Positions 24,370-32,647 of a stretch of DNA of 64,000 bases are shown in pieces. The translations under genes and the position numbers were made by a program. The stretch spans positions 896,260 to 960,259 of the forward strand of contig JBBCGK010000001.1 in NCBI GenBank assembly GCA_037200965.1. The letters run 5' to 3'. Position 1 is the stretch's first letter, and every line of letters begins with the position of its first letter. The notes below the pieces were generated by a model that saw only the letters and a list, made by a program, of their open reading frames with translations, made no database searches and had not been told where the DNA came from. The DNA comes from a bacterium (GTDB taxonomy: Bacteria; Patescibacteriota; Minisyncoccia; Phycocordibacterales; Phycocordibacteraceae).

Positions 24370-26343
24370 TTATTTCTTCTCCGAGAGCGTGAAATCGAGC
24401 TCGCGCTCCGGAATACGCGCGGCAAGGAGCTTCACGCGCACCGGGTCGCCGAGCGTATAGCTTTTCTTGAGCCGATTGCCGATAAGGCGGTAGCGGGCCT
24501 GGTCGAAGGTGTAATAGTCGTCGCCGATCGAGGAGAGTCGGATCATGCCTTCCGCGTGCGTTTCCGTAAGTTCGACGTACATCCCGCGCTCGGTGACGCC
24601 CGAGATGACGGCGTCGAATTCCTGTCCGATCTTGTCCGCCATGAACTCGACGAGCTTCATCTTGATCGAGTCGCGCTCGGCTTCCGTCGCCGATATTTCG
24701 CGCTCGTTGCAGTGGATCGCCATCTCCTCGAGATGATCCATATCCTCGCGGTCGAGCTCATCCCCGTTCTCATAGTGCTTGAGGATACGATGCGTGATCA
24801 GGTCGGGATAACGGCGGATGGGGGAGGTGAAATGGGTATAGGAATCGAACGCGAGCCCGAAGTGTCCGATGTTTTTGGTCGCGTACGCGGCCCTCGCCAT
24901 GGAGCGCAAGCTCGCGGTCTTTATGAGGTATTCCTCCGGCGTTCCCGTGACCTGCGAGAGAAGCGCGTTGATATCGGTTCCTTTGACTTTCCCCGCCTGG
25001 TTCTTGAGCTCGTACCCGAGCGCATGGAGGAACTGCGCGAGATTCTCGATGCGGTCCATATCCGGCGCGTCGTGCACGCGATATATCTGCGAGAGCCTGT
25101 CGCCCTTTTTCTTCGATGTCTCGGCAAGATGCTCGGCCACGGCCACGTTCGCAAGGAGCATGAAGTCCTCGATGAGCATGTTGGTATCGCGCCGCTCTTT
25201 GAGATGCACGGCGACCGGCTTCCCGCTCCCGTCGAGCTCGATCTTCACTTCCGCGGTATCGAAGGCGATGGCGCCGTTGTCGGTCCGGCGCTTCCTGAGC
25301 TTGTCGGCAAGGCGCTTTAGGGTATTGAGTTCCGCAAGCATGGGACCGTTCTGGGTATCAAGCACCTCCTGGGCGCCTTCGTAGGCGAAGCGCTTGTCGG
25401 AGTGGATGACGGTTTCGCCGAACCATCGTTCAAGGACGTTCGCGTCGCTGTCGAGCACGAAGACCGCGGAAACGGCGAGGCGGTCTATGTGTTCATTCAG
25501 GGAGCACAGGTTGTTTGAAAGCACGTGCGGAAGCATAGGAATAGTGCGGTCAACAAGATAGACCGAAGTCGCGCGGTGCCTTGCCTCGCGGTCGAAGTCG
25601 GTGCCTGGCCGTACGAAATACGAAACGTCGGCGATATGAATGCCGACCTCGGTCTTTCCGTCCCCGAGGTCCCTGACCGAAAGCGCGTCGTCGAAGTCCT
25701 TGGCGTCCGCGGGGTCTATGGTAAAAGTCGGGGTGCCGCGGAAGTCCCGGCGCTTGGTTTCTCCCCGTGCGGCCTTTGCCGCTTCTTCGTCGATCATCGC
25801 CTGTCCGGTCGCCTCGAGCTTCTCCGCTTCTTTGATCACCCCCGGAGGGAATTCGCTGTGGAAGCCCTGGGAGAGCGCCAAGGCGCGCATCTCGGTCTCG
25901 TGGACGCCTGCGGGCCCGATGATCTCCTCAAGGCGGGCGGAAGGGAACTGCTGGCCCTTGTCCCAGCCCGTGAGGCGGACGAGCACTTTGTTTCCGAGCG
26001 GAAGATTGTCGCCCGTGACGATAAAGGGCGTGTACATGCGCTTCCAGTCGGGCGCAAGGAGCGTCTCCCCGCGCTCGCCTTTGATGAGCGTCCCGACGAA
26101 ATGCTCCCGGTTTCGCTTCACTATCTCAAGTACCTTTGCGGCTTTCCGGTTATCGACGATGCCCGCGGGCGCGATCTTGACCGTATCGCCGTGGAAAGCG
26201 CCCATGATCCACTCGCGGGGAATCATGAGATCCTCCTGTTTATCTTTCGAACTTTTAGAGACGCCTGGGTCCAGGCTGAAGAAACCGATTCCCCTGCCGG
26301 TGACGGAAATGATTCCCTCGTATGATTTTTCCTCGGGCTTCAA
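24370..26343 (-). CDS. rnr: Ribonuclease R (RNB-family 3'-5' exoribonuclease)
   Basis: 657 aa with N-terminal OB/cold-shock domain, RNB catalytic domain (DPADAKDFDDALSV..., HFGLAFDSYTHFTSPIRRYPD) and a C-terminal S1 domain. Confidence 0.9.
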   Translation of the reverse strand: MKPEEKSYEGIISVTGRGIGFFSLDPGVSKSSKDKQEDLMIPREWIMGAFHGDTVKIAPAGIVDNRKAAKVLEIVKRNREHFVGTLIKGERGETLLAPDWKRMYTPFIVTGDNLPLGNKVLVRLTGWDKGQQFPSARLEEIIGPAGVHETEMRALALSQGFHSEFPPGVIKEAEKLEATGQAMIDEEAAKAARGETKRRDFRGTPTFTIDPADAKDFDDALSVRDLGDGKTEVGIHIADVSYFVRPGTDFDREARHRATSVYLVDRTIPMLPHVLSNNLCSLNEHIDRLAVSAVFVLDSDANVLERWFGETVIHSDKRFAYEGAQEVLDTQNGPMLAELNTLKRLADKLRKRRTDNGAIAFDTAEVKIELDGSGKPVAVHLKERRDTNMLIEDFMLLANVAVAEHLAETSKKKGDRLSQIYRVHDAPDMDRIENLAQFLHALGYELKNQAGKVKGTDINALLSQVTGTPEEYLIKTASLRSMARAAYATKNIGHFGLAFDSYTHFTSPIRRYPDLITHRILKHYENGDELDREDMDHLEEMAIHCNEREISATEAERDSIKMKLVEFMADKIGQEFDAVISGVTERGMYVELTETHAEGMIRLSSIGDDYYTFDQARYRLIGNRLKKSYTLGDPVRVKLLAARIPERELDFTLSEKK

Positions 26344-26454
26344 GTTATAAACACTGTATCAATACAGGGCGATTTATGCTATTGTCTGAACACACGGCAT
26401 GCGTCCTTCAGGAGCATCGCGGTGGCCCTTCCCGGGCGTTTCCTCCCTGAACTT

Positions 26455-26481
26455 GCGGCACCCCTGGTGCCGCCCTTTTTT
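26455..26481 (+). terminator. Orphan plus-strand intrinsic terminator between divergent rnr and rpsP
   Basis: 8-bp stem gcggcacc/ggtgccgc, loop cct, then cc+TTTTTT. No plus-strand CDS lies upstream. Could terminate a roughly 100-nt small RNA. Confidence 0.55.
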
Positions 26482-26486
26482 GCAAA

Positions 26487-26515
26487 TTGACTCGCAAGCC
26501 TTCTTTTGGTACCCT
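26487..26515 (+). promoter_or_regulatory. Candidate rpsP promoter placing the TSS 2-3 nt before the ATG (leaderless)
   Basis: TTGACT (26487-26492), 17-nt spacer, TACCCT (26510-26515). ATG at 26525 with no SD. Confidence 0.35.
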
Positions 26516-26524
26516 GCTTCATAC

Positions 26525-26947
26525 ATGTTGATGATCCGTTTCCAGCGCATCGGCCGGACCAATGATCCGGCATTTCGCATTGTCGTCCTCGAAAAGGCGC
26601 GGAGCCCCAAGGCTGGAAGTCCTTTGGAGCTTGTCGGCACTTATAACCCGAAGACCAAGGCGGTTACCCTTAAGGAAGACCGCATTACGTATTGGATAAG
26701 CAAGGGCGCCCAGGTCTCGCCGTCGCTCCATAACCTCCTTCTTAATAAAGGCGTAGTTACGGGCAAAAAGATAAACGTGCTTCCGAAGAAAACCTATACG
26801 AAGCCGGAAGAGCCGGTAGCCGAAGCCGTCGCAGCTCCGGCAGAGTCTGCGCCGGAAGCGCCGACTGAAGCGGAAGTCGCCGCAGAAGCGGAGCCTGCTG
26901 CGGAGGAAACCCCGGCAGCCGAAGAGGCAGCCGCTCCCGCGGCCTAG
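26525..26947 (+). CDS. rpsP: 30S ribosomal protein bS16 with Ala/Glu/Pro-rich C-terminal extension
   Basis: MLMIRFQRIGRTNDPAFRIVVLEKARSPKAGSPLELVGTYNP...ITYWISKGAQVSPSL matches S16. The tail is AEAVAAPAESAPEAPTEAE... Confidence 0.85.
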   Translation: MLMIRFQRIGRTNDPAFRIVVLEKARSPKAGSPLELVGTYNPKTKAVTLKEDRITYWISKGAQVSPSLHNLLLNKGVVTGKKINVLPKKTYTKPEEPVAEAVAAPAESAPEAPTEAEVAAEAEPAAEETPAAEEAAAPAA

Positions 26948-26996
26948 CACTCCGGAGCCTCAGGCTCCTTATCCCTACTATCCCGCACCGATACCT

Positions 26997-27302
26997 ATGG
27001 AAAACGACCAGCTGTTTCTTGAGACCGTCGTCAAAGCTCTTGTCGACAACCCGGACGCCGTCGTCACGACGCGCGGCGTCGACGAGATGGGCGTCCTCCT
27101 CACCCTCACGGTGCATCCTGACGACATGGGCAAGATCATCGGCAAGGACGGGAATACCGCGAAGGCGCTTCGCACCCTCCTTCGCGTCGTCGGCATGAAG
27201 CACAATGCGCGCGCGAACCTGAAGATCAATGAACCGGTCGGCGGCAAGCGCGAGCAGGAGATGAAGACCGTCGACCAGGTGGTAGAGGAGATTTCGCTAT
27301 AG
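26997..27302 (+). CDS. khpA: KH-domain RNA-binding protein (KhpA-like)
   Basis: Canonical position between rpsP and trmD. Motif GKIIGKDGNTAKALRTLL marks a KH GXXG loop. Confidence 0.8.
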   Translation: MENDQLFLETVVKALVDNPDAVVTTRGVDEMGVLLTLTVHPDDMGKIIGKDGNTAKALRTLLRVVGMKHNARANLKINEPVGGKREQEMKTVDQVVEEISL

Positions 27303-27967
27303 TGTTGCGCTTCCACCTCGTCACTCTTTTCAAAGAAGCTTGCGAGCCGTACCTTTCGGCGTCGATACTCGGGCGCGCGCGCAAAAACAAGCGTATCGGC
27401 GTTTCATATCAAAACCCGCGGGATTTCGTTGATAACCGATGGGGGAAAGTGGACGAGCGGCCGTACGGCGGCGGGCCCGGGATGGTTATGACCGCGCTCC
27501 CGGTCGCGAAAGCGGTCGCGAAAGCTCTGGGCGCCAAGAAGAGTGCTGCCAAAACAGCGGAGATAATCTGGTTTTCTCCCTCGGGCAAACCATTTACGAA
27601 CAAGGACGCGGACAAACTCGCGAAAGCGGGCGACGTGGTCTTGGTGTGCGGCCGGTACGAAGGTATCGACGAGCGCGCCTTTAAGATTTTGAAAACGATG
27701 GGGAGGGTGAAAGTATTTTCCGTCGGCTCCGCAACGCTTACGGGAGGCGAGGTGCCAGCGCTCGCGATCATCGACGCCGTCACGAGGCGCATCCCGGGAG
27801 TCCTGGGGAAGGATGAGTCGGTCGAGGAACGCCGGGTTGCCTCAAGCGAGGTATACACGCGGCCAGAATCCTTGCAGTGGAAAGGAAAGAAATACCGCGT
27901 TCCGAAAGTGCTCCAGAGCGGGCATCAGGCGAAAATTGATGAGTGGAGGGTAAAGAGGGGAAAGTGA
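27302..27967 (+). CDS. trmD: tRNA (guanine37-N1)-methyltransferase
   Basis: GTG start overlaps the khpA stop. SPOUT MTase motifs are present (RPYGGGPGMVM, LVCGRYEGIDER). Confidence 0.9.
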   Translation: MLRFHLVTLFKEACEPYLSASILGRARKNKRIGVSYQNPRDFVDNRWGKVDERPYGGGPGMVMTALPVAKAVAKALGAKKSAAKTAEIIWFSPSGKPFTNKDADKLAKAGDVVLVCGRYEGIDERAFKILKTMGRVKVFSVGSATLTGGEVPALAIIDAVTRRIPGVLGKDESVEERRVASSEVYTRPESLQWKGKKYRVPKVLQSGHQAKIDEWRVKRGK

Positions 27968-27968
27968 G

Positions 27969-28280
27969 TTGAAAAAAGAACCGTTCCTGATACTATCGCT
28001 TCCAGCGTTAACAGCGCCGTACCAAGGGGAGGAAATCATGAGCGACGCATCAACGCCGCGCCCGAACGAAGCTTTGCCTGCCGTGAGGAACCTGCCGCTA
28101 CTCGCGCTTGCGGTTATTCTCTTCATGCTTACCGACGCTGTTTTGATCTTCATGCCGATGAAACCCGAGCCGTTCTGGCAAATGGTTTCTCTCGCCCTGC
28201 TTCTCGCGGTATTTGCGGGAGGCCTCGGATTCAGCGTCATCCGGAACCTGCTTTATCGCGCGAGGCGTTCTGGCCAGTAA
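27969..28280 (+). CDS. Hypothetical small membrane protein (start uncertain: TTG 27969 or ATG 28038)
   Basis: Two predicted TM helices (LLALAVILFMLTDAVLIF; MVSLALLLAVFAGGLGF). Directly follows trmD. Confidence 0.35.
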   Translation: MKKEPFLILSLPALTAPYQGEEIMSDASTPRPNEALPAVRNLPLLALAVILFMLTDAVLIFMPMKPEPFWQMVSLALLLAVFAGGLGFSVIRNLLYRARRSGQ

Positions 28281-28397
28281 AGCGCGTTACGGTATCGGAT
28301 TAGAACGGGCGGCCCCACCAGGGCCGTCCGTTTGCTTTATGTCATTTAGTATTGTATAAACCTCCAATCTCCTGTCCGCCTTAGACAGGAGTGAGCG

Positions 28398-29189
28398 ATG
28401 AAAGCTGCTTTGTCGGACTATGAGACGACGCAGCGGGGTACTGACACCCCCTTTGCTTGGTCAGGGATGGCCGCAACGATAAGGCGGAAGGTCTTTCACA
28501 CCATGTCGTATTCAGTTAACGAACTGCTTGTCGCAGACAAGGTTTCCACGTATCTGACCGATAAGTGGGAGGAGCAGACAGGGATCAACCCGAACATCAT
28601 TGCAGCAAAAGTGCTTCACAACGAACAAGTCGTGAAGCTCGTAAGCTCGTGGATGCGTCCGATCGGAATGGGCTCCCTCGCCTTCGCCATTCTGTTTTTA
28701 TGTGCCACCTTTGCGTTCGCACTCACAGATCTTCTTGGGAGCTCCACTGTCGGTTATGTAGCGGCTGCCGTCGGCGTCGTCTGTGGCACGATCGACATGA
28801 CTGTCTCGTTCGTGTACAAGACTCGGGAATACGAGTTATTTCCCACTGATGCATGCGGTTTCAGCTCGAGGTATCGCCAGCTGGCCGAGTGGAGCGGCTC
28901 GGTGTCCGGGGAGCTTCCTTTAGCTCCAGGGTCACTCAGGCTGATGGCCGAGAAAATCCTTTCTGGGTCCGCTGCCAACGCCATCCGTGCGCAAGTTTGG
29001 GCACAGGCGATGAAGTTGAGCGACGATGACGAGTTAAGGCTTCGTGAAGCGGAACTGGCTTGGCGCAAGGAAACCAGGAAGCGCTACACAAAACTCCTCG
29101 AATGGGATCTTGTTCCGGCGCTCGGTGTCTCCGGTTATTTCAAGGGAGCGGGAAAATATGTAGCACAAAATCCGCTCTGGGATTACTAA
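28398..29189 (+). CDS. Hypothetical membrane protein (263 aa), low GC (about 50%)
   Basis: AGGAGTG RBS. Central TM helices. Followed by its own terminator. No known family. Confidence 0.55.
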   Translation: MKAALSDYETTQRGTDTPFAWSGMAATIRRKVFHTMSYSVNELLVADKVSTYLTDKWEEQTGINPNIIAAKVLHNEQVVKLVSSWMRPIGMGSLAFAILFLCATFAFALTDLLGSSTVGYVAAAVGVVCGTIDMTVSFVYKTREYELFPTDACGFSSRYRQLAEWSGSVSGELPLAPGSLRLMAEKILSGSAANAIRAQVWAQAMKLSDDDELRLREAELAWRKETRKRYTKLLEWDLVPALGVSGYFKGAGKYVAQNPLWDY

Positions 29190-29201
29190 AGCAGCAATGG
29201 C

Positions 29202-29232
29202 GCGGGCGGCCCCAAAGGCCGCCCTTTCGCTA
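29202..29232 (+). terminator. Intrinsic terminator downstream of the 263-aa gene
   Basis: Stem gggcggcc/ggccgccc, loop ccaaa, then TTTCGCTAT. Confidence 0.5.
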
Positions 29233-29245
29233 TCCCCAGGTTCGC

Positions 29246-29274
29246 TTGACGGCTTTTAGGCGGGGGAGTACATT
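29246..29274 (+). promoter_or_regulatory. Candidate sigma70-type promoter for rpoBC
   Basis: TTGACG (29246-29251), 17-nt spacer, TACATT (29269-29274). About 160-nt 5' UTR before rpoB. Confidence 0.45.
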
Positions 29275-29442
29275 GAGGACACCAGAACTGATTGAGTGGC
29301 GGGGGCCTCTGGGGGCGGGGGAGACAAGATTTCAAATATTTTAACAGCGTCTCGGAAAACGAGGGCGCCGCTCGCACGTATGTGCGAGCTCTTACGCGTC
29401 TTCGCCTTCCGAAACATCGTTTGATGGCTAATTCAACACGAC

Positions 29443-32400
29443 ATGGCGCATACTAAGGCGATAGTGCAGAAGACGTTCGGCGCGTTCCGGGCTCCGCGCG
29501 TGGAATTTCCGGACCTGGTCGCGCACCAGCGGGCATCGTTTGACTGGCTCATGAAGAACGGGCTCGGGGAACTCTTCAAGGAGTTTTCCCCTATTTCAGA
29601 CTACTCGGGCAAGAAGTTCGAGATGCGCTTCGAGGGCTTCGAAGTCGGCGAGCCGAAGGAGGACGAGGAGTCCGCGCGCGAGAACATGCGCACGTACGAA
29701 GCGCCGGTGAAGATATCGGTGCGCCTCATCAACAAGACCTTCGGTTCTGAGAAAACGCAGGACATTTTCCTCGCGGATATCCCGATGATGACCCCGCACG
29801 GGAGTTTTATCGTTTCCGGCGTCGAGCGCGCGATCATCCCCCAGCTCGCCCGCTCCTTCGGCGCGTTCTTCGTCTCCGAGCAGATCCGCGGCAAGAACTA
29901 TTTCGGCGCGAAGATCCTTCCGGCGCGCGGCGTCTGGATCGAGATCGATTCCGAAGCCGACGGCGCGATCATGGTGAAGATCGACCGCAAGAGGAAGTTC
30001 CCCGTGAGCCACCTGCTTGCTGTCTTTGGCGGGGGGCAGAAGGAAGAGCTTCTCAGGCATTTCAAAGGCAATGATGTCGCGCTTGCTGCCATGCAGGCCA
30101 CGCTCGCGCACGACCAGGCCGCAACGCTCGAAGACGCGTTCGTCGAAATACACCGCCGCATGCGCGACGGCGACCTCGCGACCGCGCAGAACGCCAAGGA
30201 CTATGTCCAGGCGCTCTTCAAGGCCGACCGCTACGACCTCCACCGCGTGGGCCGCTACCGTCTCAACCAGCGCTTCGGCCTTCCGGTCGACGACAAGCAT
30301 CTTGCGGACCATTCGCTTTCCCTTGCCGACCTTATCCGCATCGTCGCCGAGATCGCGCGTCTCAACGTCACTCCTGACGCGGTGCCTGACGACATCGACC
30401 ACTTGGGCTTCCGCCGCGTGCGTTTCGTCGGCGAGCTTCTCCAGGCGCGCATGCGCGTCGGCATGAGCCGCATGAAGCGCAATATCCAGGACCGCATGTC
30501 GACGATCGAAACCGAGACGTCGCTCCCGATGCAGTTCGTGAACCCGCGGCCGTTCCAGGCTTCGGTCCGCGAGTTCTTCACGGCCAACCAGCTTTCGCAG
30601 TTCCTCGAGCAGCAGAACGTGCTTGCGGAGCTCGAGCACATGCGGACGCTCTCGGCGCTCGGCCCCGGCGGCCTCACGCGAGAGAGAGCGGGCTTCGAGG
30701 TCCGCGACGTGCACGCCTCCCACTACGGACGCCTCTGCCCGATACAGACGCCGGAAGGCCAGAACATCGGCCTTATCCTTCGCATGGCGACCCACGCCCG
30801 CACGAACGAGTACGGCATCCTCGAGACGCCGTACGCGAAAGTGAAGGGAGGGAAGGTGACCGAAGACATTTCGTATCTCAACGCGCTTGACGAAGAACAG
30901 CACGTGATCGCGCACGGCGCGACGCCGGTCGACGAGAAGGGGCGCATTGTCCCGGAGACGTTTGAAGCCCGCAAGAACGGGCACCCGGCCGTGGTGTCGC
31001 GCGACGAGGTCGACTATATCGACGTTTCCATGTACCAAATGTTTTCCATCGCGACCGCAATGATTCCGTTCGTCCATAACGACGACGCGAACCGGGCGCT
31101 CATGGGTTCGAACATGCAGAAGCAGGCGACGCCATGCCTCATTCCCGAGGCTCCGCTCGTCGCGACCGGCATCGAAGAGCACGCCGCCCGCAACACCGGC
31201 CGCCTTGTCGTCGCCGAGTCCGCAGGCACTGTCTCCTATGCCGACGCGCGCAGGATCGTTATCGAGCCGTCGGGAGCCGGAAAGCCCAAGGAGTACCGCC
31301 TCCAGGGCCTCACGCAGACCAACCAGAATTCCGCGTTCTCGCAGCGGCCGAGCGTGTCGACGGGAGACAAGGTAAAGAAAGGAGACGTTCTTGCGGATGC
31401 TTCCTCGACCGTACAAGGCCAAATGGCGCTCGGACAGAACGTCCGCGTGGCGTTCATGAGCTGGTCGGGAGCTAACTATGAAGACGCCATCATCATCTCG
31501 GAGCGCCTCGTCGAGGACGCAAAGTTCACGACCGTCCACATCGAGGACTTCGAATGCGCGGTGCGCGACACCAAGCTCGGCCCCGAAGTCACGACGCACG
31601 ACATTCCGAACGTGGGCGAGATGCGCCTCAAGAACCTCGACGAGGAAGGAGTCGTGCGCATCGGCGCCGAAGTGCGCCCCGGCGACATTCTCGTCGGCAA
31701 GGTGACGCCCAAGGGCGAGACCCAGCTCACGCCCGAGGAGCGCCTCCTTCGTTCTATCTTCGGCGATAAGGCCAAGGACGTGAAGGACACGTCGCTTCGC
31801 ATGGACGGCGGCAAGCGCGGCCGCATCATCGGCGTCCGGGTATTTTCCAGGGAAAAGGGCGACCAGCTTGAAACCGGCATCATAAAGAAAATCGTCGTCA
31901 CGGTAGCCCAGGTGCGAAACGTATCGGTGGGCGACAAGCTCGCCGGTCGCCACGGAAACAAGGGCGTTATTTCCCGCGTGCTTCCGGTAGAAGACATGCC
32001 GTACGACAAGGACGGCAATCCGGTGGATCTCATTCTCACCCCTCTTGGTATTCCGTCCCGTATGAACCTCGGCCAGGTGCTCGAAATGCATCTCGGGCTT
32101 GCGGCGAACACGCTCGGATACCAGGCCGTCGTGCCTCCGTTCGCGGGCGCCACGTCCGACGAGATCAAGGACGAGCTCGAGAAGGCAGGCTTCGCAAGAA
32201 GCGGCAAAGTGAAGCTCTACGACGGACGCACCGGAGAGAGCTTCGCCCAGGACATCGCCGTCGGATACATGTACGTGCTGAAGCTCCATCACATGGTGGA
32301 GGACAAGATCCACATGCGCTCCATCGGCCCGTACAGCCTCATCACGCAGCAGCCGCTCGGAGGGAAGGCCCAGAACGGCGGGCAGCGCTTCGGGGAAATG

Positions 32401-32628
32401 GAAGTGTGGGCGCTTCTCGGTTACGGCGCCGCGTACACGCTCCGCGAGATGCTCACCATCAAGTCAGACGACATCCAGGGCCGCTCCGCCGCCTTCGACG
32501 CGATCGTCAAGGGCGAGGCGATCAGCCATTCGGGCACCCCGGCATCGTTCGCCGTCCTTACCAACCAGATCCGTGGCCTTGGGCTCGATGTTGATCTCAT
32601 CGAGGGCGAGTCCCCGCGTGATATTTAA
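29443..32628 (+). CDS. rpoB: DNA-directed RNA polymerase subunit beta (compact, 1061 aa)
   Basis: Conserved Rpb2-like regions throughout (e.g. GRHGNKGVISRV, LGGKAQNGGQRFGEMEVWAL). Confidence 0.95.
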   Translation: MAHTKAIVQKTFGAFRAPRVEFPDLVAHQRASFDWLMKNGLGELFKEFSPISDYSGKKFEMRFEGFEVGEPKEDEESARENMRTYEAPVKISVRLINKTFGSEKTQDIFLADIPMMTPHGSFIVSGVERAIIPQLARSFGAFFVSEQIRGKNYFGAKILPARGVWIEIDSEADGAIMVKIDRKRKFPVSHLLAVFGGGQKEELLRHFKGNDVALAAMQATLAHDQAATLEDAFVEIHRRMRDGDLATAQNAKDYVQALFKADRYDLHRVGRYRLNQRFGLPVDDKHLADHSLSLADLIRIVAEIARLNVTPDAVPDDIDHLGFRRVRFVGELLQARMRVGMSRMKRNIQDRMSTIETETSLPMQFVNPRPFQASVREFFTANQLSQFLEQQNVLAELEHMRTLSALGPGGLTRERAGFEVRDVHASHYGRLCPIQTPEGQNIGLILRMATHARTNEYGILETPYAKVKGGKVTEDISYLNALDEEQHVIAHGATPVDEKGRIVPETFEARKNGHPAVVSRDEVDYIDVSMYQMFSIATAMIPFVHNDDANRALMGSNMQKQATPCLIPEAPLVATGIEEHAARNTGRLVVAESAGTVSYADARRIVIEPSGAGKPKEYRLQGLTQTNQNSAFSQRPSVSTGDKVKKGDVLADASSTVQGQMALGQNVRVAFMSWSGANYEDAIIISERLVEDAKFTTVHIEDFECAVRDTKLGPEVTTHDIPNVGEMRLKNLDEEGVVRIGAEVRPGDILVGKVTPKGETQLTPEERLLRSIFGDKAKDVKDTSLRMDGGKRGRIIGVRVFSREKGDQLETGIIKKIVVTVAQVRNVSVGDKLAGRHGNKGVISRVLPVEDMPYDKDGNPVDLILTPLGIPSRMNLGQVLEMHLGLAANTLGYQAVVPPFAGATSDEIKDELEKAGFARSGKVKLYDGRTGESFAQDIAVGYMYVLKLHHMVEDKIHMRSIGPYSLITQQPLGGKAQNGGQRFGEMEVWALLGYGAAYTLREMLTIKSDDIQGRSAAFDAIVKGEAISHSGTPASFAVLTNQIRGLGLDVDLIEGESPRDI

Positions 32629-32647
32629 TCCCCTACATATCACCACT

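Noticed and set aside
26344-26481. Possible SRP (4.5S) RNA or tRNA in the rnr-rpsP and rnhB-rpmF intergenic regions
   Set aside because: No match to the conserved SRP domain IV sequence (GGUCCGGAAGGAAGCAGC) or to tRNA T-loop (GGTTCGAAT) or anticodon-arm patterns. Kept only as a generic candidate sRNA/terminator.
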